Source of the DNA: Candidatus Spechtbacteria bacterium
Lineage (GTDB): Bacteria > Patescibacteriota > Minisyncoccia > Spechtbacterales > JACPHP01
Direction: 5' to 3'
Length of the DNA: 64,000 nt
NCBI GenBank assembly: GCA_016188605.1
Contig: JACPHP010000015.1
Coordinates: 18,833-82,832, forward strand
The notes beneath the pieces are model-generated. The model was not told where the DNA came from. It did no database searches and saw nothing but the letters and a program-made list of their open reading frames with translations. The translations under genes and the position numbers were made by a program. The first letter of the stretch is position 1. Each line of letters opens with the position of its first letter. Positions 41,345 through 50,746 of this stretch are shown one piece after another.

Positions 41345-41635
41345 AAATGTAGGTGATCCTTACGGATCCTTATGGTCGCCCATAAGTTCAGACTATATCA
41401 CCCTCATTACTCCATAAAGTAATGAGTTTCAGCGTGTAGTCGTTGAGGGGAATGCAATCTTCAAAAATTATGCATTCTTCCCTGCTGATAAGCCGCATTA
41501 CGTGATTTTCACCCTTTCGACTAGGTACACGTACATACTGCATCCATTTAAGGAACGGTTTTCCCAGCATATAGCTGATTTTGCAATGCAATCTTACGAC
41601 TGCATGGCCCCTGTGGCTGTAGCAAGCCACTCTTG
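40706..41635 (-). mobile_element. Group I intron after U2262 (next to the P-loop)
   Basis: Exons GGGGCGCTAGCCT | CCTAAATTGTAGCGGAGG; core GGTGATATAGTCTGAAC; terminal G. Confidence 0.85.
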
Positions 41636-41948
41636 AGGCTAGCGCCCCACTAAAACTGCCTACCATCCACTGTTCCCTGTGTTTCGCGCAAGGTTAGTTT
41701 TTACATTTTAAAAGATGGGTGTTGCATTGACGGCTCCATCTCGCCCGAAAGCGAAACTTCAAAGCCTACCCACTACGCTACGCAGTCAAAATATAAAAAC
41801 AATGGAAAGCTGCAGTAAAGCTCCTGGGGTCTTTTCGTCTTGTTGCAGGACAACGGCATCTTTACCGTTACTGCATTTTCACCTAGCTCTTCGTTGAGAC
41901 AGTTGCCCAGTCATTACACCTTTCGTGCGGGACAGAAGTTACCTGCCA

Positions 41949-42997
41949 CAATTATGTTACTACCCCAAATACAAATTGAGGACGGAAAGAGCGCTTCGGC
42001 TCCTTCTCTCTATGTCGCCATAGAGTTCAGACTATATCACATTCTCTGGACGAAATCGTACAGAGAGCTTTGGCATGTAGTCGTTGAGGGTTCGTTGCAA
42101 TTTATCTAATTTTTTTCTTTGCGTTATATGTCGTAAAGGATACTGATGAAGAAATATATTTGCAAAAGCTATAATCGTACTTTTTGCATTTGTTTCCCAA
42201 TGACGCAATCCATCCTTTCGCTTTCTCGTATTCCCAAAACCCGTAAAAGCTTTGAGAAGAGAGATAATCTTTTCATCTTTCATTGCGACTGCTATATAAG
42301 GCTCAAGACGATCGTTGCTTCTTTTCCAGCCGAATGATCCTTCGCCATCAATCACTCCAGCTAAAAAATATCCTACCGCATCACGAGAACTTTCCAATAA
42401 AGAAAAACTCTTTTTAATGCGTCCTTCTTCCTTTACTCTCCTTAACGCTTTTCTATATACGCCCATCACTATTGTCTTGCGGCGATGCTCTGCATGACCT
42501 TTATGTTGGTCAAGATATGAAACCGCAGCGCGCATAATTCTAATTCGTTCATTTCCCAAATCGCCACAAATTAGTGGGTACGTGGCAAGAAATGATAAAA
42601 TTATCTTTACTTTTCTTTTACCTCGAAAAGAAAGATTTAGAGCTCCTTTTACTTTAGAAATAACTCCATCATCCTCTCCAACAATTCTATTTATATCTTC
42701 AAGTAATACTCTATCAGAATTAGTTACGGTAATATCTGGCATATAGTAATGCCCAACAGGATGCTTGTTCCGAAACTTAATTACAGAACAAGACATTTCT
42801 GCAGCAAAAAATCCAGAATAATAGTGATGCGAAACTTGCAACGTTTCCTGCTGATTGTCTGACGGCCAAAAATTGACCACACCCGCAGCATTTTTACTCA
42901 TTATATATATTATACACTGAGTAGCTTAGGTTCTCCAGATGTTCCAGCATATAGCCAAATTTTCCAATAAGAGTCACCTCTTATGGTCCCCTGACAG
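41949..42997 (-). mobile_element. Group I intron L1943
   Basis: Exons GAAATTCCT | TGGCAGGTAAC; IGS GGGGA, P10 CTGTCA, GTGATATAGTCTGAAC. Confidence 0.88.
42032..42901 (-). CDS. Double-motif LAGLIDADG homing endonuclease overlapping intron core sequences
   Basis: YYSGFFAAEMS and YFLAGVIDGEGSF motifs. Confidence 0.85.
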   Translation of the reverse strand: MSKNAAGVVNFWPSDNQQETLQVSHHYYSGFFAAEMSCSVIKFRNKHPVGHYYMPDITVTNSDRVLLEDINRIVGEDDGVISKVKGALNLSFRGKRKVKIILSFLATYPLICGDLGNERIRIMRAAVSYLDQHKGHAEHRRKTIVMGVYRKALRRVKEEGRIKKSFSLLESSRDAVGYFLAGVIDGEGSFGWKRSNDRLEPYIAVAMKDEKIISLLKAFTGFGNTRKRKDGLRHWETNAKSTIIAFANIFLHQYPLRHITQRKKLDKLQRTLNDYMPKLSVRFRPENVI

Positions 42998-43023
42998 AGG
43001 AATTTCGCTACCTTAGGACCGTT

Positions 43024-43401
43024 CTTTAGTGTTAACTCATAGTCGCCTATGAGATCGGACTATATCATACCCATTGCAAGCTCTTCGGCATTCATTGAGC
43101 TTACGGGTTCTTGCGTATAGTCTCTGAGGATTCCCCACCAGAGTGGGGTCTTTCCTGCTGATTGTCCGCGTCACCGAATGGATTATTACTCAAAGAGTAC
43201 CATCGGATTCATGCGGAGTTTCCAGTCCCGCAAGCCTTCCACCATTCATAATTTACGAACGACGTGACTTACGGTTTCCCGATATTGTTTTTGATCGCCA
43301 CAGCAATACTGCGGGATCTAGATTTGTAGCTACTAGCTATTATCACAGACAAATCGGGAACATATAGCAAGATTTTTTAGCGTAACTACAACGGTCAATT
43401 T
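43024..43401 (-). mobile_element. Group I intron L1917, no ORF
   Basis: Exons CCGTAACTAT | AACGGTCCTAAGG; IGS GTAGTTACG, AATCAGCAGG and GATATAGTCCG core. Confidence 0.9.
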
Positions 43402-43440
43402 ATAGTTACGGCCGACATTCACCGGCGCTTACAGCACGAG

Positions 43441-43548
43441 CCATCCTTCGCTCCTCACTTCGTGCGGAGCTACGGAGTGGCAAGCTGCTTTTACTGAAAG
43501 CATGCATCGCTCCGAAGCTCTTTGCGGAGCAAAGAGCGAAGGACGACA
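43441..43548. repeat. IVS in 23S (H68 region), CCTTCGCT...AGCGAAGG REP-like element
   Basis: Extra ~105-nt palindrome; same family as 45414-45516, 59284-59386 and 8543-8632. Confidence 0.75.
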
Positions 43549-44203
43549 AGCGCTGTTTGACGTTCCGGCATTGGTCAGGTGTCACCCCCTATACATCCTC
43601 TTACGAGTTAGCAGGGAGCTGTGTTTTTGTTAAACAGTTGCCAGGCAAAATTTAACTGCGCCCATCTTGCGATGGGAAGGCATATTCCGAAGTTACGCCT
43701 AGCTTTTTTGCCGAGTTCCTTAACGAAGACTCGCTAGTTCACCTTGGGCTACTCGCCCTGCCTACCTGTTTCGGTTTGTGGTACGGGCCCAACTCATCTG
43801 ATCGTAGAGAATTTTCTTGGAAGACTGCTCTCTTAAATCGGTCTTGACGTGTCAAAACCTGTTTCCTACTTCATCGGTTTATACCATGCGGATTTACCTA
43901 CATGGCGACCTCAAAATAGAAACGTAAATCCAATAATACGCTTAAGATACAAATCTCCGTCATCCCATAGAAATGAGTTGAGGGGCTGGAATATTAACCA
44001 GCTGTCCATCCCCCAGAGCCTTTCGGCTGAGAGGTTAGGGCCGCCTAACCCTTGGATGATTGCCATTGCCAAGGAAACCTTAGGCTTTCGGTGGGCCGAT
44101 CTCGCATCGGCCATGCGGTTACTCATGCCAACATTCTCACTTCTCTACGCTCCACCGCCCCTCACGAGACGACTTCACAGCATAGAGAATGCTCTCCTAC
44201 CAC

Positions 44204-44327
44204 GCCAATGCTCCGCATTGGCACACTGATATACACAGATACGAACACGGATATACACCGATTTTATCTGTGTTAATCCGTTTTCTTATCCACGTTAATC
44301 CGTGTGTCAGTGCGAAGCACTGACATC
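44204..44327. repeat. IVS in 23S helix 45 (124-bp palindromic element)
   Basis: Lies between GCTCTCCTACCAC and CACGTCTTCGG (plus strand); identical to 40435-40558. Confidence 0.85.
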
Positions 44328-44940
44328 CACGTCTTCGGTAATATATTTGAGCCCCGGTACATTTTCGGCGCAAGAACTCTCGACTAGTAAGCTGTTACGC
44401 ACTTTTTAAAGGATGGCTGCTTCTAAGCCAACCTCCTAGCTGTCTGAGAATTCTCACCTCCTTTTCCACTTAATATATATTTAGGGACCTTAGACTGTGA
44501 TCTGGACTGTTTTCCTCACGAGCGCGGAGCTTAGCCCCCGCGTTCTAACTCCCTTCTTATCAATTCAGGAATTTGGAGTTTGATTGATTCGCCTAGGCGA
44601 AAGCCACGACAAATCATCCAGTGCTCTACCTCCTAAATGAAACAGAAGAGGCCAGCCCTAGAGCTGTTTCGGAGAGAACCAGCTATTACCAGGCTCGATT
44701 AGTTTTTCGCTACTCCCCACAGTTCATCACATAGTTTTGCAAGGCTAACGTGTACGGGCCTCCCTCCAGTTTTATCCGGAGTTCACCCTGACCATGGGTA
44801 GCTCGCCTGGCTTCGGGTCTTATGTGTGCCGCCAAGTACGCCCTATTAAGACTTGGTTTCCCTACGCCTTCGTTCCCATCGGAACTTAGACAAGCGACAC
44901 AGATAAACTCGTTGGCTCATTCTTCAATAGGCACAGCGTC

Positions 44941-45105
44941 ACTCCTCGCTACCGCTCGGAGCTCCGAAATCAAATCTCAAAAATCAAATCTCAAAATTGT
45001 GGTATCGCCTTGCGGCGATTATATAGTCTCGCAAAGCGAGACACCTTAGTTTTGAGATTTGAGATTTTAATTTTGAGATTAGAAGCTCGGAGCGATAGCG
45101 ATAAA
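44941..45105. repeat. IVS in 23S helix 25 (nested heptamer palindrome)
   Basis: CTCCTCGCTACCGCTCGG arms around an AAATCTC-array element homologous to 14383-14505. Confidence 0.8.
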
Positions 45106-45162
45106 GCTCCGCTTCTCTGTAGGCATATGGTTTCAGGTACTATTTCACTGCCCTCACCGGGC

Positions 45163-45201
<39 letters not shown>

Positions 45202-45413
45202 ATCATCAAAAGTATTTAGCCTTAGCTAATAGTATAGCTAGATTCGCTCGAGGCTTTCGTTCCTCGAGTTACTCAAGAATAGCAACAGGAGATGTGAATT
45301 TTTCGTCTACGGGACCATTACCCTCTTTGGTCGCCCTTTCCAGGGACATTCGACTAAATTGCACATTTTGTGACTCCTTTGGATTGCTCCAATGCTGCCA
45401 TCTTACAACCCCC

Positions 45414-45516
45414 ATCCTTCGCTCTTTACTTCGTAAAGAGCTTCGGAATGGCAAGCCACTATATAAATTTCTGGCATGCTGTTCCGTAGCTCCTTGCGGA
45501 GCAAAGAGCGAAGGAC
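45414..45516. repeat. IVS in 23S domain I (~E. coli 270 region)
   Basis: ATCCTTCGCTC...GAGCGAAGGAC palindrome between ACAACCCCC and GGGTTTGGGC. Confidence 0.75.
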
Positions 45517-46309
45517 GGGTTTGGGCTTTTCCCTGTTCGCTCGCCGCTACTGAGGGAATCATAGTTATTTTCTTTTCCTCCGCTTACTGAGATGTTTCAC
45601 TTCAGCGGGTGTGGGTTCCAGCTTGCGCTGGAAGAATGCGGTTTTGCCGCACTGAGTTTCCTCATTCGGAAATCCCCGGATCATAGGTTGCTAGGCACCT
45701 CCCCGAAGCTTATCGCAGCCATGCTACGTCCTTCATCCCCTTTTGATGTCAAGGCATCCACCATACGCCCTTAAAAATGTTTGCATGATGCAGTTAAATG
45801 CTCCTCGCTATGCTCGCTCGTCGCAGACGCGGATTAATGCTGATACTACCGATAAATGCTGATATATAAATATCTGCATAAATCAGCTAAATCCGTATAG
45901 ATCAGCGTTGTTCCGAGCGCAGTGAGGAACTATAAGAACCGCAGAATTACAAGACTCTATTCAAATCGCCAATGCGAAGCACTGACGATAAAAGACCTTA
46001 TTGTTTATTTTATGAAATTGACAATGTTCAGTCGTTTCTGAAAAATGTCATCGCTATCGGAGAAAAAATGCCTAACTCGTATTGCGCATCTTTTCTCTAA
46101 CAACGATGGATGAATGGTGTCCCGCCTTCGTCCGCCCTGGGTGGACTTCGGCGTGGCGAAGCAAAATAAAAACCGCTCTAGGCGGCTACGCAAACCAGCA
46201 AGAAAATTCGGTTTAAGCGCCGCTCTTTTTTTGGTTAACAATTGCTTCTTTTTGCATATAAAACAATGGGTGCTTAAAAGGTATAAACCTACTTTTTTTA
46301 ATTAAAGGT

Positions 46310-46339
46310 ATGATAGCAGAATGCAATAATTACTGTCAA
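46310..46339 (-). promoter_or_regulatory. sigma70-type promoter for 23S-5S
   Basis: TTGACA-18 nt-TATCAT with TGn extension. Confidence 0.6.
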
Positions 46340-46427
46340 GCGGCATCTTGTACAATACAAGATGAGCTCCAAACTACAACGAAAAACGCTCCGCAAGCCG
46401 GAGCGTTTTTTAAATTACAGTAAGAAT

Positions 46428-47111
46428 CTATCCGTTAATATCTTTTTTAATCCCTTCCAAAATTTCGCGGGCTACTCCCTGGCCACCGAGGCCGAAGGCT
46501 AATCCGCTCGCCAAGGCAAGCATGGCAACAATGCCCATAAACAACGTGTTGACCATGGCTGTTGCAACGCCAAGCTGGTTTAATGCGGCTAGAATACCAA
46601 ATGCCCACACAGCCCAACGCGTCACCAAGCCCACAAAACGAGATGAGCCACCAAGTTCAGTTGCCTGTAATGCTGTGCGTGTAGCTTTCTCTAAGAAATC
46701 ACCGAGAATTGCCGCCACCACAATTACGAGAGCCGCGACTACTATATTAGGAATATAGAGCACTATTTGCTGCAAAAATGTTGCGACAGCAGTTAACCCC
46801 ATAATCTCTACCGCGGCCATAAAGAACGCGATGACGAAAAACCATTTCACCAGCATGCCGAGTAAAGAACTTATTTCAATCGTCATGCCTGCGCGATGAA
46901 GCATTTGCGTTACAGAAAGCTGGCTCATAAATTTATCCAGCTGCGCCATTTGCAAAAGGCGCGTTACAACCATACCAAAAGCGACCGCAATAATCCAACC
47001 TACAATAAATACAATGATTGCCCCGAGAAAACTCGGAACGAATTGCATAAAACCTTGCCAAATTTGCTGCAAGGATACAACTACTACTTCACTCCATTGT
47101 TGTACTAACAT
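46428..47111 (-). CDS. Conserved TM-helix repeat protein (CmpX / small mechanosensitive channel-related)
   Basis: FVPSFLGAIIVFIVGW and YIPNIVVAALV repeats; LAFGLGG C-terminal motif. Confidence 0.8.
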   Translation of the reverse strand: MLVQQWSEVVVVSLQQIWQGFMQFVPSFLGAIIVFIVGWIIAVAFGMVVTRLLQMAQLDKFMSQLSVTQMLHRAGMTIEISSLLGMLVKWFFVIAFFMAAVEIMGLTAVATFLQQIVLYIPNIVVAALVIVVAAILGDFLEKATRTALQATELGGSSRFVGLVTRWAVWAFGILAALNQLGVATAMVNTLFMGIVAMLALASGLAFGLGGQGVAREILEGIKKDING

Positions 47112-47301
47112 AATGTATATTTTAAAGAGAATAAATCTCAGTTAATTTTATTAATTATTTGAATATCGACGTTAGGTAAAAAGTACAAGACCTTTCTAAT
47201 AACATTATAGCAGTAATTCAGCAGAATTTAATATAGCTCTGTGGATAACTATGGCAGAGGAGTTGCCGCGCTAGCGCGGCAACTCCTCTGCCATCAATTA
47301 T

Positions 47302-47778
47302 TTACGATAATCGTTTAACTGATGTATACTCGAGAACTGATTGCACTAACCACGCAAACGTAATCGCAATTACAATGCTACCGATAATATCAACCCCGTG
47401 GTGCACGCCAACGTAAATTCGTGAAAAACCTACTATAATTGTCAACGCCCATAGCGCAATGCTAACTTTTTTATTAAACGGCCAAAGGGCAGCTGCAATC
47501 GCAGCGCTAATCAGTGTGTGATCGGAGGGAAAACCATTATCCGCCACATGCGCAATAAGCGGAGTGAAGCCATCAGTTACGAACGGCCGCGGGTAATAAA
47601 AGAAAAATCCCAAGATTTTTGCCGCGAGATAGGTCAACGGCAAAGCCAGCACAGCAAAAACAATCATCCGCTTTTGCACGTCACGCTTTTGCAACATAAG
47701 ATATGCTAACGCGATACCAATAATGGCAATAAAAAGATACTTAGCAGATAAAATAAAGAATAGAGAAGCTATGTCCAT
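47302..47778 (-). CDS. PAP2 phosphatase (BcrC-like undecaprenyl-diphosphatase)
   Basis: K......PRPF, FPSDH and SRIYVGVHH..D motifs. Confidence 0.88.
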   Translation of the reverse strand: MDIASLFFILSAKYLFIAIIGIALAYLMLQKRDVQKRMIVFAVLALPLTYLAAKILGFFFYYPRPFVTDGFTPLIAHVADNGFPSDHTLISAAIAAALWPFNKKVSIALWALTIIVGFSRIYVGVHHGVDIIGSIVIAITFAWLVQSVLEYTSVKRLS

Positions 47779-48008
47779 AATATTGAAGTTCACGACCCAT
47801 ATTAGCACGCGTTGAAGAAAGAAAAAAGGCCACCTACAAATAGAAAAACTCGCCTATGGCGAGTTTTTCTATTTGTCTGGTCAAGTCTAATACTCAAAAA
47901 ATTAACTACGCGAGGGAGTATGAAAAATGGTCGTTAAAATAGACAATATTTCGAATACTGCAAGAATCGGACTCCTCTCGCGATAATAAGCGTTAGCATT
48001 TATAGCTT

Positions 48009-48048
48009 TGGTGGACCATGGGAGAATCGAACTCCCATCTCCCGGATG
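48009..48048 (-). repeat. Duplicated 3' half of tRNA-Ala (att-like)
   Basis: Identical to 48127-48166, from the anticodon loop to CCA, plus similar downstream flank. Confidence 0.8.
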
Positions 48049-48126
48049 TCCCAGAAAAACAAGGAGCTTTGCGACTATGTTTTTCGCGATACCGGCAAAA
48101 TAATGAGCGTTAAGTATTTATAGCTT

Positions 48127-48200
48127 TGGTGGACCATGGGAGAATCGAACTCCCATCTCCCGGATGCAAACCGGGTGCTCTGCCACTAAGCTAATGGCCC
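48127..48200 (-). tRNA. tRNA-Ala(TGC)
   Basis: GGGCCAT...CCCGG-TTTGCAT-CCGGG...GTTCGATTC...ATGGTCCACCA; G3:U70 pair. Confidence 0.95.
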
Positions 48201-48519
48201 AAATTTTGAATATTTTGTTAAATATCCTCACTCCGCTGCGCTGCGCTCGGTGTAATCAAAAGAGGTGCACTGGAAAGTTTTCAGCCTGAGGCTGATCCGC
48301 CTCTGGCGGAAAACCGCCTCGCTAAAGCGAGAGGCCAAACCTAAACTTTCCGACGAAAGCCAAGCAGTTGGCTTTCGTCCTCTGCCACTAAGCTAATGGC
48401 CCAATGCGCGCAAATTACAAAGCACAGAACACAAAAGCCAAACAAACCACAAAAGCACAAAATTACAAACACGAAACGTTTGGGATTTGTAATTTGTGTT
48501 TTGGAATTTACAAACCTAG

Positions 48520-48591
48520 TGGGCGCGGAAGGAGTCGAACCTTCCGCCTCTTTCTTATCAGGAAAGCGTTCTACCGCTGAACTACGCGCCC
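48520..48591 (-). tRNA. tRNA-Ile(GAT)
   Basis: GGGCGCG...CTTTC-CTGATAA-GAAAG...GTTCGACTC...CGCGCCCA; CCA not encoded. Confidence 0.95.
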
Positions 48592-48711
48592 GCAATAAAG
48601 AATACAGAATCTAGAATACCGAATACAGGGACGGAATAAACTGCGATACTATCTTTTTTACAACAATAACCAATATGGCACAAGTACCACATATTTGTCA
48701 GGGTTCTGATA

Positions 48712-48739
48712 TTGACTTATAGTTTAATCGTTTTATAAT
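48712..48739 (+). promoter_or_regulatory. Putative promoter of the nucleotidyltransferase gene
   Basis: TTGACT-16 nt-TATAAT. Confidence 0.5.
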
Positions 48740-48821
48740 CACGACACTCTCTTGAACTGCACAGAAATGCAAACGAGAAGCTGTATTTTCACAAATTATA
48801 ACAATCGAAAGGAGGTATCTG

Positions 48822-50645
48822 GTGCTAACATCATTAGTTCCAGTCGAGTCATTACTCGACCCCGTTCTTGCTGCCGCAGTATGGCCTGAAAGTATTACAA
48901 GCAATGAAGTTTTCAAACAACAGCTTGAACGGCGCAGGGAGCTGATAAAACGCCTCGAAGACGTCATTTGCTCTCTGCCCCGGCCAGATATGCCTATCGG
49001 GACAGCTATTGATCTGGGGTATATCACCGAGGAACAAGTTGCGGCACTCTATGAATCTCTAAGCGATTTGCTGCAAGACCCGTACTACAAGCGCATTGTC
49101 TTCTATCTTCCATTTGAATTCTTGCCCAACAGAACGTGGGACCATTTCGGGGAAAAACTCCGACAGGTCGCTAGACTATTTAGGCAGGTATACATGGATG
49201 CTTGGTGGCATCTGCTTCTAGTGCAAGACGTACGCGCCAATTTCGTAGATGGCGACGTGCTTGAAGTAGGGCAGAGAGTCGGCGACTTGCCGCGAGTAGT
49301 GAAGGCGGCTCATCTCATACCCAAGCTCGTTGAAAACGGCTTGCTAGAGATTGAGGACGTCATATCTCTCATGGAAAAAGCCAACGATCAGGTGCTGAAA
49401 GATAGCATTGCCGATGCGCTCCCCGTTCTAGCAGATATGGGATTTATTCCAGATACAGAAGCTGACACAGAATCAGCTGAAGCAACACCAAAGCCGATTA
49501 CGCTTACATATGTTCGCAAAAAATTGGATAAAGCGTTCTCTAGAATAGATACTGAAGATTTCGGCAGTATCACGAAGGGTCGAAAAAATTGGCTTGTACA
49601 AAAAAAGAGGCAAGAAGCCATCGATGCCGCTGGAGAAGATATATGCACAGCAATCGTTCGAGGAGAGCTCTCTAATGAAATAACGGCGAGCTTTCTCGCT
49701 TACGGAGATTCTGCTATGCAGCGAGTGCTTGTCGAAGGAATTAGAGCGGCCATTGAGTCCGTCGCGCTAACTAACGTTAGCAGGGCGCACGCACTGTACG
49801 CTCAGTATAAAGAAACTTTGCTAGCACTTTGGGAGAGCGACGATCCTGATATCGGGGAAGCGCTATCCAAAACTTTCCGCCGGCTCCATTACCTCGGTAT
49901 TGTTGATGACCAACGGCTGTCGGAGTTAGGAATAGTCATTCCACGTCTCGCAGGACCTTTCTCTAAAAATCTTAGGTCAATGGGAAAGGACTTGCGCGAT
50001 ATAGAAACGATGGCCGCGTCTATCAAATGCAACAGCGAGCTGTCGCGGCTCATATACCCGGGGGTTCTCATGTACGGCTCGCGCATCAAGGGATACGGCG
50101 CGCAAAATTCTGATATTGACCTTGCCGTATTTGTGAGGCCGGGAACGCCTTTTGCTGGCAGGTCGGAGCTACAAAAACTACTTGGACAAACTTTCGCGCA
50201 TAATGCGATTCGCGGCCAAGTTGTTGAATTCTGGCTGGAAGAAAAGGGCGAGATACTTCGAATTCGTGACTTCAATAGTTCTGATGTATATCTGGGAGAA
50301 AGCTATTGGACACATGTCCTGTTTGGCGCCGTATGGATGGGCGGCGATGATACAATACGTGAGTTGTATGAAAAACTGCTGACTCCATATATGCGCGATG
50401 ACGGTAATATAATTTTTGGCCGCGGCGCAATAAGCATCTACTTGGAGGAAACAGAACGAGACACTCTACAGTACAGGTTGATGCATAAAGGATATGAACG
50501 ATTCTTCCCGCCATGCGGCGGCATACACACACCCCATTCAGATAGAATTAATGATAGTAGCATGTTCTGGGATTCGGGATACAGGCAACTTGCAACAATG
50601 CTGTTTGTAAGCAGAGTTTTTCTGCCGAATATCCCAGTTGTATAA
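48822..50645 (+). CDS. Large protein with a Pol-beta-superfamily nucleotidyltransferase domain
   Basis: MYGSRIKGYGAQNSDIDLAVF (GS...DxD) after a long alpha-helical N-terminus; SD AAAGGAGG before GTG. Confidence 0.8.
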   Translation: MLTSLVPVESLLDPVLAAAVWPESITSNEVFKQQLERRRELIKRLEDVICSLPRPDMPIGTAIDLGYITEEQVAALYESLSDLLQDPYYKRIVFYLPFEFLPNRTWDHFGEKLRQVARLFRQVYMDAWWHLLLVQDVRANFVDGDVLEVGQRVGDLPRVVKAAHLIPKLVENGLLEIEDVISLMEKANDQVLKDSIADALPVLADMGFIPDTEADTESAEATPKPITLTYVRKKLDKAFSRIDTEDFGSITKGRKNWLVQKKRQEAIDAAGEDICTAIVRGELSNEITASFLAYGDSAMQRVLVEGIRAAIESVALTNVSRAHALYAQYKETLLALWESDDPDIGEALSKTFRRLHYLGIVDDQRLSELGIVIPRLAGPFSKNLRSMGKDLRDIETMAASIKCNSELSRLIYPGVLMYGSRIKGYGAQNSDIDLAVFVRPGTPFAGRSELQKLLGQTFAHNAIRGQVVEFWLEEKGEILRIRDFNSSDVYLGESYWTHVLFGAVWMGGDDTIRELYEKLLTPYMRDDGNIIFGRGAISIYLEETERDTLQYRLMHKGYERFFPPCGGIHTPHSDRINDSSMFWDSGYRQLATMLFVSRVFLPNIPVV

Positions 50646-50746
50646 AATAAAGCCGTTGGTTTCACCAACGGCTTTTGTAATTGAAGAAGACCACCCCGCA
50701 ACTGCAAGGTGGCCTCAATTTTATAGATTAAAGAACAAAAAACGAA

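Noticed and set aside
48009-48048. Second tRNA-Ala gene, or a split tRNA formed with 48380-48402
   Set aside because: The two fragments together lack the 5' anticodon stem strand and most of the loop, and an intact copy lies between them.
48822-50645. CBASS CD-NTase
   Set aside because: Only the generic GS..DxD motif is visible and it lies late in the protein; no recognisable Cap effector or Cap2/3 genes are adjacent.
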